Source of the DNA: Collinsella sp.
GTDB lineage: Bacteria; Actinomycetota; Coriobacteriia; Coriobacteriales; Coriobacteriaceae
Assembly: GCA_036303765.1 (NCBI GenBank)
Contig: JAXIZX010000085.1
Location: forward strand, 15,540 to 79,539
Reading direction: 5' to 3'
Length of the DNA stretch: 64,000 nucleotides
Shown: piece by piece, positions 1 to 8,968 of the stretch
How the letters are laid out: each line of letters begins with the position of its first letter
Position numbering within the stretch: position 1 is the stretch's first letter
The notes under the pieces: generated by a model
Database searches by the model: none
What the model was told of the DNA's origin: nothing
Seen by the model: only the letters and a program-made list of their open reading frames with translations
Translations under genes and position numbers: made by a program

Positions 1-105
1 GAACTTGGCGTTGGGCATACGGACATGCCCCTCATAGCAGCTGTCCTCCAGCTTCCACAGCCCGGCGCGGTAGCGGTCGCCCTTTATCAGCTTACGAGTC
101 GACAT
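1..105 (-). CDS. hypothetical protein, runs off the window edge
   Basis: ATG at 105 with a GAAAGGGG RBS, overlapping the end of the upstream gene; reads MSTRKLIKGDRYRAGLWKLEDSCYEGHVRMPNAKF. Confidence 0.4.
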   Translation of the reverse strand, partial: MSTRKLIKGDRYRAGLWKLEDSCYEGHVRMPNAKF

Positions 106-658
106 GGATCGCCCCTTTCATCACCGGAGCGCCATGTCCTGCGGCGACCATGGGGGCGCCGCAGGACGGGCAACGCGTGCACACCGATACGGTCACGCGT
201 GCGCCGCATCGCCCGCAGGTGTAGGAATACAGGGCGCGGTCTCCGCGCTCCGTGCGCTCCGGGGACGCCATCAGCGAGACCGGGGCAATCAGGTCGGCCA
301 GGCGCATCGCCGCGATTTGGTAGGAAGATCGATCCGACCACCCCTTGATATCCAGGGCAGCGAGGATGCGGGCGGTGAAGCTGTCGGCATCCAGCGTGTC
401 GGTGGCGCGCGCCTGGCGGCGGAGGCCGGCGAGACAGCCTAGCTCGCCGCACGTCATCCCGTCGGCGTCCGGCATCGCCTCGCGGGCCGCCGCGAGCCTC
501 ACAACCGCGTGCAAGCAACCCAGATAGCCCAGACGTCCGGCGACGTCCACGGCATCGCACACCTCCTCGGCGAAACCCGCACAGTCCATGTGGTGGACGC
601 GGGCCGCGACGGCCTGGAGTCGCAGGGCGGTGCGGACGCGCCCGGCATCGGCATCCAT
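92..658 (-). CDS. hypothetical protein with C-terminal zinc ribbon
   Basis: CGRCG...CPSCG motif; AAGGAGG RBS before the ATG. Confidence 0.65.
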   Translation of the reverse strand: MDADAGRVRTALRLQAVAARVHHMDCAGFAEEVCDAVDVAGRLGYLGCLHAVVRLAAAREAMPDADGMTCGELGCLAGLRRQARATDTLDADSFTARILAALDIKGWSDRSSYQIAAMRLADLIAPVSLMASPERTERGDRALYSYTCGRCGARVTVSVCTRCPSCGAPMVAAGHGAPVMKGAIHVDS

Positions 659-736
659 CTAGGCCTCCTTCTTGCCGAGATCCGCGATATAGGGCGCGAC
701 GCGGTAGCCCTGGGCGCTGTACTCGAATGCTGTCAT
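659..736 (-). CDS. possible 25-aa small protein MTAFEYSAQGYRVAPYIADLGKKEA
   Basis: purine-rich leader; stop codon directly abuts the next ATG. Confidence 0.3.
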   Translation of the reverse strand: MTAFEYSAQGYRVAPYIADLGKKEA

Positions 737-774
737 TTCCGTTTTCCCTTCTATTCGATGGCGTTCCGACCGGC

Positions 775-1074
775 CTAGCGGTCCTTGCGCAGATGCTCCT
801 CGAGCAGCGAGCGCATGAGGTCGCTCGCACTGCGGTAGCCCTCGCGGCGGTGCTCCACCAGGTACTCCTTGAGCTGCCAGTAGAGGTCGTCGGGGACGAT
901 CACGCTCAGGCGGTGCGTCGGACCCTCAGAGGCCGCCGCCTTTTTCTCAGCTGCCGGCTCGGAGTCGGGGTTCACGACCTTCTCGACGATCGTCTCCTGG
1001 CGCTCGACCATCTCCTTGGAGGTGTCAGTGAAAAAGCTGTTGATGGCGGAGTCCGCCTTCTTAGTCCTCGCCAT
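775..1074 (-). CDS. ribbon-helix-helix protein, putative type Ib centromere-binding partner of ParA
   Basis: disordered N-terminus, then HRLSVIVPDDLYWQLKEY...SASDLMRSLLEEHL (strand plus two helices); start overlaps the parA stop. Confidence 0.75.
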   Translation of the reverse strand: MARTKKADSAINSFFTDTSKEMVERQETIVEKVVNPDSEPAAEKKAAASEGPTHRLSVIVPDDLYWQLKEYLVEHRREGYRSASDLMRSLLEEHLRKDR

Positions 1075-1622
1075 TACAGCATCGCCTCCACCTTGTCCAG
1101 AATCCCCTCGATCGCGTCCGCCGCGCGGCCGCCCGGCTGCACCTCGGACACCGGTCGGTTGAACGACGCGCCGCGCTTGAACGCCTCGGCGGTCGGCACG
1201 CAGCCCAGGATGGGCAGGTCGTCGGCGGTGAGGAAGTCGGTAAAGCTGCGGTCGATGATTCGCTTGTCGGAATAGCGGTTCACGATCAGGCCGATCTCGA
1301 GCTCGGGGTTGACGCCCGTGATGAGCTGGATCGTGCGCTTCATCGCGCGAAGGCCGCGCTGGCTGGGCTCGACGGGGACGATCGCGATGTCGGCGACCTC
1401 CACGCAGCCGCCGAGCTTGTCGTTCAGATAGCCCGGGGTGTCGACGACGGTGACGGCCTTCTCGCCCTCGACGGTCTTCTGCTCGTGACTCGCGCCGCCC
1501 TGCGGGTCGAGGTTGATGAAGCCGACCTCACGCCCGCGGCGCTCGAGGCCCCAGGCGATCTCGTCGGCGAACGTCGTCTTGCCGACGCCGCCCTTTTGGT
1601 TGACCAAAACGATTGTCTTCAT
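1074..1622 (-). CDS. parA: ParA-family partition ATPase, short type Ib/ParF-like
   Basis: deviant Walker A NQKGGVGKTT, LDPQG and VVDTPG; no N-terminal HTH. Confidence 0.92.
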   Translation of the reverse strand: MKTIVLVNQKGGVGKTTFADEIAWGLERRGREVGFINLDPQGGASHEQKTVEGEKAVTVVDTPGYLNDKLGGCVEVADIAIVPVEPSQRGLRAMKRTIQLITGVNPELEIGLIVNRYSDKRIIDRSFTDFLTADDLPILGCVPTAEAFKRGASFNRPVSEVQPGGRAADAIEGILDKVEAML

Positions 1623-1764
1623 GTGTTTCCCTTCTACGGGTGCCGCCCGATTTCCGGGCGGCCTTCTCGGATATCTGCCGCCTGCCGGCGGCGGGCACGG
1701 GGCCGGCGAGTCGCTACCGGTCCCGCATCCGCCGACGGCAGGGCGCTAGGGCCCTGCCGCTGCC

Positions 1765-1834
1765 ATATATGTACCCAGTTATGCGGATGCGTAAACGCAC
1801 ATCTGCATACTTGTGCGGATGCGCGTTTACTTAT
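1765..1834. repeat. degenerate 8-bp tandem repeat array 1, upstream of parA
   Basis: GTACCCAG/TTATGCGG/ATGCGTAA/ACGCACAT/CTGCATAC/TTGTGCGG/ATGCGCGT. Confidence 0.8.
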
Positions 1835-1852
1835 TCTTGCCCGCCGGCGCCG

Positions 1853-2125
1853 CTATGCGCCGTATTCCGACGCCCTCGCGGCGCGATACGCGCGGCGCGT
1901 TTCGACCTTGCGGCTGCACTCCTTCCGTGCCGCCACCGTCCTCTCCGCCACGTCGTAGGCGTACGCGATGAGCGCGCCCGCCACCGGGAACACGGCGCAG
2001 TTGATGTAGACATAGCTGTATGCGAGCATGAACCACATCCCGACGAGCCCCGCGACCAGCGCGGCGGCGGCGGCGACCTTCTCCCTTCCGCTCGGCTCCA
2101 TTACTTCCCTCTTGCAACCGGCCAT
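1853..2125 (-). CDS. small two-TM membrane protein
   Basis: AAGGAGG RBS before the ATG at 2125; two hydrophobic stretches. Confidence 0.6.
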   Translation of the reverse strand: MAGCKREVMEPSGREKVAAAAALVAGLVGMWFMLAYSYVYINCAVFPVAGALIAYAYDVAERTVAARKECSRKVETRRAYRAARASEYGA

Positions 2126-2188
2126 GACGGCCTCCTTCCGATATTCGGCGATCCCGCGCCGACGCGGTCGCGGCCTCCCTTGCCGCTG

Positions 2189-2260
2189 GTATGTATGTAC
2201 CCAGCTGCGCACATGCGTAAACGCACAAACACGTAAATGCGCACGTATGCGTCTGCGTAA
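2189..2260. repeat. 8-bp tandem repeat array 2
   Basis: GTACCCAG/CTGCGCAC/ATGCGTAA/ACGCACAA/ACACGTAA/ATGCGCAC/GTATGCGT/CTGCGTAA. Confidence 0.8.
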
Positions 2261-2318
2261 TTCGATAATTTGCCCAGCGGGCCGCCCGGACACCGGTCGG
2301 CAGGCCCCTGGCCTGCGA

Positions 2319-2381
2319 TTTCCATGGCCGGATGACCGGCGGGACCCCATCCGTCCCATAGGCAGCCGGGTGTGGGAAACG
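2319..2381. repeat. 63-bp structured intergenic repeat, copy 1
   Basis: 59/63 identical to 3029-3091; nested inverted repeats TTTCC/GGAAA, CCGG/CCGG and GGGAC/GTCCC. Confidence 0.85.
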
Positions 2382-2403
2382 TGTGGAGACGGGCTACGGT
2401 ATG

Positions 2404-2430
2404 AAAAAGCCCCGCCGTCTCCGGTGGGGC
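2404..2430 (-). terminator. intrinsic terminator downstream of ssb
   Basis: minus strand GCCCCACCG-GAGA-CGGCGGGGC-TTTTT. Confidence 0.75.
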
Positions 2431-2461
2431 GATCACTTGAGTATGGGGTTGTACGGGTCGG

Positions 2462-2887
2462 CTAGAACGGGATGTCCTCGTCCGCAACCTCGACGGCGGG
2501 AGCCTCGGGGACCGCATACTGCTGTCCACCATCAACCGCGGCAGCAGGAGACGCGGCAGGGCGGGAGTTCATGAACTCGATCTCGTCGACGATGACCTCG
2601 AGCTTGCTGCGCTTCTGGCCGTCGCGCTCCCAGGAGCTATAGCGCAGCTTGCCCTCGATCGCGACCTTGCTCCCCTTGGAGATATAGCGGCCGACAGCCT
2701 CGGCGCGGGTGCCGAACATGGTACAGTCGATGTAATTGGGATAGTCCTCCCACTCGCCGGTCTGCGGGTTCTTTCGGCGATCGTTGACGGCGATGCCGAA
2801 CGAGAGCACCTGGGTGCCGGCCGCGGTGGCGCGGAGCTCGGGATCGCGGGTGAGGTTTCCGGTGATGTTGACTCGGTTGATGCTCAT
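2462..2887 (-). CDS. ssb: single-stranded DNA-binding protein
   Basis: MSINRVNITGNLTRDPELR...GSKVAIEGKLR; acidic tail DEDIPF. Confidence 0.97.
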   Translation of the reverse strand: MSINRVNITGNLTRDPELRATAAGTQVLSFGIAVNDRRKNPQTGEWEDYPNYIDCTMFGTRAEAVGRYISKGSKVAIEGKLRYSSWERDGQKRSKLEVIVDEIEFMNSRPAASPAAAVDGGQQYAVPEAPAVEVADEDIPF

Positions 2888-2942
2888 TGGCTTCTATCCT
2901 TTCGGTTCCGACGGGGGGGCCGATCCCCCCGCCTTCGTCGCC

Positions 2943-3004
2943 ATGTATGTACCCAGATGCTCAGATGCGTAAGCGCATAGATGTGCGTTTGTGCGGCTAT
3001 GTAT
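2943..3004. repeat. 8-bp tandem repeat array 3, upstream of ssb
   Basis: GTACCCAG/ATGCTCAG/ATGCGTAA/GCGCATAG/ATGTGCGT/TTGTGCGG. Confidence 0.8.
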
Positions 3005-3028
3005 TGGGCTGGCACCGGAGCCCGGCGT

Positions 3029-3091
3029 TTTCCATGGCCGGATGACCGGAGGGACCCCATACGTCCCGTAGGCAGCCGGTTGTGGGAAACG
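3029..3091. repeat. 63-bp structured intergenic repeat, copy 2
   Basis: near-identical to 2319-2381 at an offset of 710 bp. Confidence 0.85.
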
Positions 3092-3142
3092 CGTAGCGAT
3101 TCCTCCGGTTCGGTTCTCGCCCAGTTTGAATCACGGGGCGGT

Positions 3143-3574
3143 TCAGAAGGCGTGCGTTCGGCGCCGGTTAGGGTCCGGGGCCGGCTCTACACGTGGGACG
3201 CATATGGCGCCGCTGAAGGATGCCTCGTCGTAGGCGTCGCGCAGTGCGGCGACTAGGCATTCGCGTGTAACGTAGAAGTCCGGCTCCCATTTCTCGCCGT
3301 CGCCGCCCGTCACCCGATACCATCCCTCGCCCTGCCAGACCTTCTCGACCGCCTGATCGATCACAGAGATTTCGGCGTAGGGCAGATGGATCTCGCCGGC
3401 ATCCCCGTAGGCACCGCGAAGGTCGTCGGCAAGGTCCGCTTCGGTTCCATACCATGTGGCCGGATACGATCCCATCCCGTCGGTGAAGCAGATTCGGTAC
3501 CAGCCCTCGCCCTGCCAGCATTCCTCCAGATCGGCAGCGACGGCGCGCCCGATCTCGTCATCGTCCGTATACAT
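3143..3574 (-). CDS. hypothetical protein made of two ~60-aa repeats
   Basis: WQGEGWYR...LRxAYxxA occurs twice; AAGGAG RBS before the ATG at 3574. Confidence 0.7.
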   Translation of the reverse strand: MYTDDDEIGRAVAADLEECWQGEGWYRICFTDGMGSYPATWYGTEADLADDLRGAYGDAGEIHLPYAEISVIDQAVEKVWQGEGWYRVTGGDGEKWEPDFYVTRECLVAALRDAYDEASFSGAICVPRVEPAPDPNRRRTHAF

Positions 3575-3764
3575 GGCTGCTCCTTGCCCAAGTCGTTCAT
3601 TCGGTATTACCAGTTGATACCCCGTTCGGGCGCATCGGAAACAGCCGATTCCGATGCGGACGGGAAGATACGGACAGGCGGCCTTCCTCCCCGATCTCAA
3701 TTTAGCGGGCATGAGCGGGGGCGATTCGGGGTAAACGGCTCTCTAGGGAAGCCGTGGGAGCGGG

Positions 3765-4496
3765 ATGGAACGGAAACGGAAGGATATGGACATGGCTACG
3801 GATCACGACACGGTGTCGCCCATCGAGCACGATGAGACGGCGAACCTGAGGCTCGCGCTGATGGAACGATGGAGGGAGTCCTGCGGGCGCGTGGCCGAGA
3901 GGTTCGGACGCCGCAGCGACATCCCCTTCTACTCGAGCGCGCTGTCGGCACTCGCCGGCGAGTGCGCCGACGACATGGGCAAGTCCGGCAGGGTTGCCGA
4001 GGCGGCCGTCGCCATGCTCGCCGACGCGCTCATGGAAAAGGACCCGCGGGGATATGCGGACAGCGCCGAGGCTGCCGCCAGGGAGCTCGAACGCCTCGTC
4101 TCGTCGATCGCATACGCGGACGCACTCGGACGCCTGCGCGCAGCAAACTCGACGTTCGAGACGCGCATCCTTGGGGAGATCGACGGAACCGACCCGGATG
4201 CACTGCCGGCGGTGCCGGATGGCCTCGTCGGACCGTCGGATACGGCCACCTGCACGATCGATATCCTCGGCGGGTCGCAGGAGGACAACCGCGAGGTGCT
4301 GGACACCTGCGGCGCCATGATGATGAACGAGGATCCCGATATCGGAGACTTCTGCTTCATCACGTTCATGCTGCGCGACGGCTCGCCCAAGACGGGTATC
4401 TTCTGCAAGATATGCGACTCCCGCCGCGTGCAGGACGCTTGGGAGCGGGCCTATTCCGACTACACGAACGGCAACCGCATCGGGTCGGCCGAATAG
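3765..4496 (+). CDS. hypothetical protein
   Basis: acidic ORF with coding-like high-GC3 codons; start may be a downstream Met. Confidence 0.6.
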   Translation: MERKRKDMDMATDHDTVSPIEHDETANLRLALMERWRESCGRVAERFGRRSDIPFYSSALSALAGECADDMGKSGRVAEAAVAMLADALMEKDPRGYADSAEAAARELERLVSSIAYADALGRLRAANSTFETRILGEIDGTDPDALPAVPDGLVGPSDTATCTIDILGGSQEDNREVLDTCGAMMMNEDPDIGDFCFITFMLRDGSPKTGIFCKICDSRRVQDAWERAYSDYTNGNRIGSAE

Positions 4497-4656
4497 GCAT
4501 GGCCATAGGCCGCCTGCTGCGCGGTGAGACCGCAGCGCGGGCGGTACCGCCCCGGATGCCCTCCCCGTTGGGATCGCAGGGCGGTATCCAGGGTGGGAGA
4601 CGGCGGGGGTATCGCGCGCGTGGCGCGCGATACCGAGCGGGAGGGAGGTCCGGCAC

Positions 4657-4926
4657 GTGGGCGGATGCAGCAGGTTCGACGCCAAGGTCGTCCCCATAGC
4701 GGTCGAGACCGACCGAAAGTGCGGGCTCAACACCCCGAGGGCAATCGTGTGCGACGGGCGGCGCTTCGAGATCGCCAGGGTCGGCGCGACGCTGCCCTGC
4801 CCCAGCATGTTCGGCAAGGCGGACGCCACCGTGACCGGCGTCCTAGTGGACGTCGGCGGTCGATGTGTCGCGCGCGGGCTGATCTGCGACGACGGTCTGT
4901 GGTTCTCCGTGAAGCCGGACGGGTAG
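4657..4926 (+). CDS. small hypothetical beta-rich protein
   Basis: GGAGG RBS and GTG start; DGRRFEIARV...WF pattern. Confidence 0.5.
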   Translation: MGGCSRFDAKVVPIAVETDRKCGLNTPRAIVCDGRRFEIARVGATLPCPSMFGKADATVTGVLVDVGGRCVARGLICDDGLWFSVKPDG

Positions 4927-5007
4927 AGGTCCGTCCAGGTTCGTCTCCGTAGACGGCCGCGCCACAGATAACATTGTCGGCAAGGATTGAGAAAGAGAGA
5001 TGCCGCA

Positions 5008-5760
5008 ATGCGGAAAGACACCTACAGGATTGGCGACGGGACGTTCGCGTTCTCCCCCGCCGTGTTCGATTCGTTGCTAGGACACGGCGCCAAAGGCGCC
5101 GCCAGGATGCGGGAGCTCGCGGGCGCGATGCACGTCTCGATCTCATCGATTAAGGACTGGCGGCGCGGGACGCACGCTCCGAGCGACTTCGAGAAGGTCG
5201 AGGATATCGCCTGCTGGGCGCACATCGACGTCGCCGACCTCCTCATAGAATCAGGAGATAGGACCATGGACGAAAAACTCACCGAAAACCAGCTGGATGT
5301 GCTCTGCGTGCTATGGAACCAGGCCTACGACTTCCTCGACCTGTGCGAGGAGACCGATCATTTCGTCTGGCCGACTACAGACCTGCGCTGCGTGCCGGAC
5401 TCGATTCTGCACGACATCAAGGTGAACCCGGAAGACGATAAGTCCCGTCCTCCCTGGGAGATCGGCACCGAGGACCTGTTCCTCCAGACGCTCGACGCGT
5501 ACCTCCGCGCGTGCCGACGCGCGACCCCATATGTCGGGGAGAGCGATATCTTCGTCAGGCTCCTGGGCCTCTGCGACATCATGACCGAGACCGCCTTCGG
5601 CGAGGACGACGGCAAATGGCTGCCAGACCCGGATATGATTTTCGACCCGCATGAGGATGGATACGTCAGCCCGATGGAGGCCGCGGAGCTCAAGTGCAGG
5701 AAGCTGCTCGATGAGATCAGGAATGACCTGTTGGCGCTACGCCCGACGGCGGGTAAATAA
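5008..5760 (+). CDS. XRE-type HTH domain protein
   Basis: ELAGAMHVSISSIKDWRRGTHAP HTH followed by an acidic C-terminal domain. Confidence 0.7.
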   Translation: MRKDTYRIGDGTFAFSPAVFDSLLGHGAKGAARMRELAGAMHVSISSIKDWRRGTHAPSDFEKVEDIACWAHIDVADLLIESGDRTMDEKLTENQLDVLCVLWNQAYDFLDLCEETDHFVWPTTDLRCVPDSILHDIKVNPEDDKSRPPWEIGTEDLFLQTLDAYLRACRRATPYVGESDIFVRLLGLCDIMTETAFGEDDGKWLPDPDMIFDPHEDGYVSPMEAAELKCRKLLDEIRNDLLALRPTAGK

Positions 5761-6031
5761 GGCTAGTTCCGCCAGATAGCACGACGGCCCCGCCCTCGGA
5801 AGGACTGCGCAGCGATGATCGATTCCGAGTTCGCATATAAGCGTTCGACATGGCGATGATTGATTGATTCCATATCCAGATTTCAAGACAGGGGCCGTTT
5901 TCGGCCCCGTCCTTTTCCCGAACCCGGTCCGGCGATTTTTCCGCGGCGTGCGTTTACGTTTCCCCTCAGGGGGTACAAGAGAGGTAGAGCAGGCGGTATG
6001 GGGCCGCCCGGTGCGCATATGGGAGGACTAT

Positions 6032-6658
6032 ATGGAAACGATCTTCGTGACGGAATCGCGCGAGATGCTGTTCACGGGAACCGAGGATATCGACGTGCGG
6101 CCGCTCCATTCGTCGGAGCTGCATTACGAGGGGGACAGCCGGGAGGAGGCACTGCGTGCGGCGCATAAGGTCTCGGCGGCCTCCAGGGTCGGGGTCTGCC
6201 AGCGCGGTTTCGCCCGGTTCGTCGCCACAGTGAGCGAAATCACGCGCGACGGCGAGGGGTTCACGGAACACATGGATACGGTCCACACCGTCGACCCGCT
6301 CGACCGCATGCCCGAGCTGCGCACGCTCGCGCGCGAGGCGGCCGCGAACCGTGCGGACGGGAAGATCATCCGCCATATCGCCGGCCACACGGAGGCGATC
6401 GACGCTGCGAAGCGTGCCGGGGACTACTACAGCCTGTACCGCGTGGAGGGATCGGCCTTCGGGGACTTCTCTTGCTACCGGGTCGGACATGCGCCCTACA
6501 ACGGGACGCTCTACCTTCCCGCGGGGTTCCACGATTACGGCATTGCCACCGTCGACGAGCTTTTCGTCGCACTCGCGGTCGGACGCTGCGAATTCCTGTG
6601 CGAATACCAGGACGAGATCGATGAGGTCTATCACGGGCTCTTCGAGAAGAGAATCTAG
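6032..6658 (+). CDS. hypothetical protein
   Basis: GGAGG RBS before the ATG at 6032. Confidence 0.65.
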   Translation: METIFVTESREMLFTGTEDIDVRPLHSSELHYEGDSREEALRAAHKVSAASRVGVCQRGFARFVATVSEITRDGEGFTEHMDTVHTVDPLDRMPELRTLAREAAANRADGKIIRHIAGHTEAIDAAKRAGDYYSLYRVEGSAFGDFSCYRVGHAPYNGTLYLPAGFHDYGIATVDELFVALAVGRCEFLCEYQDEIDEVYHGLFEKRI

Positions 6659-7102
6659 ATGAAAGGAACGGATATGCAGACCATCCACACCAAGGCGGGC
6701 TTCAAGGTGCTGCGCGAGAGCCTGGGGCTCTACCAGTCCGACGTCGCGGAGGCAGCGGGCGTCGACGTGAAGACCGTCAAGAACTGGGAAAGCCCGCGCC
6801 TGCCGCGAGCCCGCGCCACTGCCGTGGCATGGAAGTACCTCGAGAATCTGGCGGAAATCCAAGAGCGCGAGGTCGGGTGCCTGGTGGAGAAGATTGTCGA
6901 TGAGACGGACGGCAACCCCTACCCGCTCCCCTACTTCCGCGAGCAGGACTTAGCCGCGGAGGATGCGCGCGCGGCGCGGATCTCGAACGCCATGACCAGA
7001 AAGGTGGCCTTTGAGCTCACCAGGTTGGCCATCCCCTACGAGTTCCGCTTCGAGGAGGAGGCCGCGGACGATGAGCGGCTGAGCGAGATCTGGGATATGT
7101 AG
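6659..7102 (+). CDS. XRE-family HTH regulator
   Basis: FKVLRESLGLYQSDVAEAAGVDVKTVKNWE. Confidence 0.8.
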   Translation: MKGTDMQTIHTKAGFKVLRESLGLYQSDVAEAAGVDVKTVKNWESPRLPRARATAVAWKYLENLAEIQEREVGCLVEKIVDETDGNPYPLPYFREQDLAAEDARAARISNAMTRKVAFELTRLAIPYEFRFEEEAADDERLSEIWDM

Positions 7103-7179
7103 GCAGTCGTTATTGGGCCGGTACCGCGGAGGTGCCGGCTCATATTAGAAAAGAGCTCCGGTTGCCCGAAGCCCCTGTC

Positions 7180-7662
7180 TCAATGATGTCGATGAGTACG
7201 CCTGGCAGGCACAGGTAACTCTCTGTCGCCACTTTGCCGCTCGGCCCGGTGAAAAGCATGGAAGACGGGGTTTCCACCGTTTGCGTCGAACGCGCGGCCA
7301 TCGGCGAGCGCGACGGAAAGCTCCTCGAGCCCGTCGATGAGATGATCGGCGTTCGCAACGCCGCATATGTCGTAGGATGCGAGGTCGTTCCATATCTCGA
7401 AGCGCCTATACCACGACATCGACGCGATTTGACCATCGACGAGACTTGCAGCCTCCGATGCGACCTGCTCGCCGAAATCTTCCGTGACGCAGGCAAGAAA
7501 CTCGCTTCGCGTATCCGATACGAAATCCTCGGCCGTGTAGGCCGACGTCACGGTAAAGCTGGACTCCACGGTGGCGGTCTCGCTATCCTTCGTCTCGGTA
7601 AGGATGCCAAAATCAAGCGCCGGGGCGGTTACGCAACGAAGGCCATGACGGCGACCACCCAT
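7180..7662 (-). CDS. hypothetical protein; strand and start uncertain
   Basis: protein-like acidic composition; an overlapping + strand ORF at 7234-7737 is the alternative. Confidence 0.35.
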   Translation of the reverse strand: MGGRRHGLRCVTAPALDFGILTETKDSETATVESSFTVTSAYTAEDFVSDTRSEFLACVTEDFGEQVASEAASLVDGQIASMSWYRRFEIWNDLASYDICGVANADHLIDGLEELSVALADGRAFDANGGNPVFHAFHRAERQSGDRELPVPARRTHRHH

Positions 7663-7872
7663 GACTTCCTGCCGTCAGATACTCTCAGCCAGGCGCAGGT
7701 ATCCGCGAAGCTCTCGCCTCGCGAAGTTCAGGCTTGAACGAAAATCACCGTTTACAAAAGGCCCGCCAATCTCACGCTCGCCGACAAATACCGTCGCCAT
7801 ATAGCTTTGCATACCCATATCGAGTCCCTTCTGAATATCTGCTTGTCCCTATTGATTGGATGCCAGGGCAAA

Positions 7873-8304
7873 TCACGCGGTCGGGGTGCCTAGGTCGATT
7901 TCGGCCAGGACGTCGCGGATATCCGCCACATCCCTCACTGCCATGACGATGCACCTGATCGATACCGCCGCCGCGACCACGGATGTCAGGAGGACTGCCA
8001 CGCCGACGTCGTGGGCCCAGATGACAATCCCCACAGCCATAGTGATGGCGAGGCCAACGATCCAGCAGATGAGCGCGTTGCGCGACTCGTCGAGATACGA
8101 TCGCGCATAGACCTCCAAAATCTCGCGGTCGATGCCCATCTTGCCGAACCTGTCGATGTATCTGGACATCCTCGACGACATGCCGTGCTCGGTCCATGCA
8201 ACCATTTTCAGAAAACCCATGGTCGCAATCGCCGCGTTGAATGCCATGGCCATGCAAGGAACCAGGTCGATATTTTCACTGATGAACGGCGCCATGCGGA
8301 CCAT
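7873..8304 (-). CDS. membrane protein (about 3 TM)
   Basis: hydrophobic segments; GGGAGGGG RBS. Confidence 0.55.
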   Translation of the reverse strand: MVRMAPFISENIDLVPCMAMAFNAAIATMGFLKMVAWTEHGMSSRMSRYIDRFGKMGIDREILEVYARSYLDESRNALICWIVGLAITMAVGIVIWAHDVGVAVLLTSVVAAAVSIRCIVMAVRDVADIRDVLAEIDLGTPTA

Positions 8305-8336
8305 CCCCTCCCGTTTCGTCTCTACTCGATGTGAGT

Positions 8337-8400
8337 CTACCCATATGCGCATGTACGTAAACGCATAGACGCGCATATACATATATGTGTGGACGTGCGA
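8337..8400. repeat. 8-bp tandem repeat array 4
   Basis: CTACCCAT/ATGCGCAT/GTACGTAA/ACGCATAG/ACGCGCAT/ATACATAT. Confidence 0.75.
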
Positions 8401-8410
8401 GCGGGGCGGC

Positions 8411-8968
8411 CTATTGCAGGCCCGGGTTCACGATGCAGTAGCATCGCTCCGACCTCGGCTCCTTCTCGCCGGGCGCCATCACCTTGACCGTGACCGGAAC
8501 CGTCTCAGAATCGGGGGCGAACGCCGTGAACGACTTCAATTTCCCGCCCGGCTCGATCTGCTTCTGCGCCCGCTGGTCCTGCACCTTGTAGGACCTGTCG
8601 AGCTTGATCCCGTCCTGGTATGCGTTGATGTCGGTATAGGGTGCGACAGCGTCCGAGTCCGTGACGTTCTCGAAGGTATAGGCAACCCGGATGTAGCGGA
8701 ACGGCTTGCCGTCCGGCCCCGTGCCTTCCTCGATCGTCACGCGGTCGATCGAGATGCCGTCCACGGACGCCTGGGCGGACTGCTGCGGCGCGAACGGCGA
8801 CGAGGTGCCGGCATCGCCCGACTTCCCGGCGCCGCCGTCGGAGGAGCCGGCGTCCGGCGCCCCGTTCCTCACGCAGCCCGCGAGTCCGGCCTGCGCCGCC
8901 ATGACCGCGAGGCCCACGAACGCTCGCCTCGTCATCGCCGTCATCGTATAGACATTCTTCCCCGTCAC
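8411..8968 (-). CDS. lipoprotein, DUF5067-like Ig-fold domain
   Basis: TRRAF twin-Arg-like signal, lipobox LAGC, IRVAYTFEN...AYQDGIKL. Confidence 0.7.
   Translation of the reverse strand: MTGKNVYTMTAMTRRAFVGLAVMAAQAGLAGCVRNGAPDAGSSDGGAGKSGDAGTSSPFAPQQSAQASVDGISIDRVTIEEGTGPDGKPFRYIRVAYTFENVTDSDAVAPYTDINAYQDGIKLDRSYKVQDQRAQKQIEPGGKLKSFTAFAPDSETVPVTVKVMAPGEKEPRSERCYCIVNPGLQ

Noticed and set aside
3600..3670. TTCCCG half-site and nearby inverted repeats upstream of 3574
   Set aside because: The second half-site is missing and no -10 hexamer lies at 29 or 39 bp, so it is not counted in the regulon.
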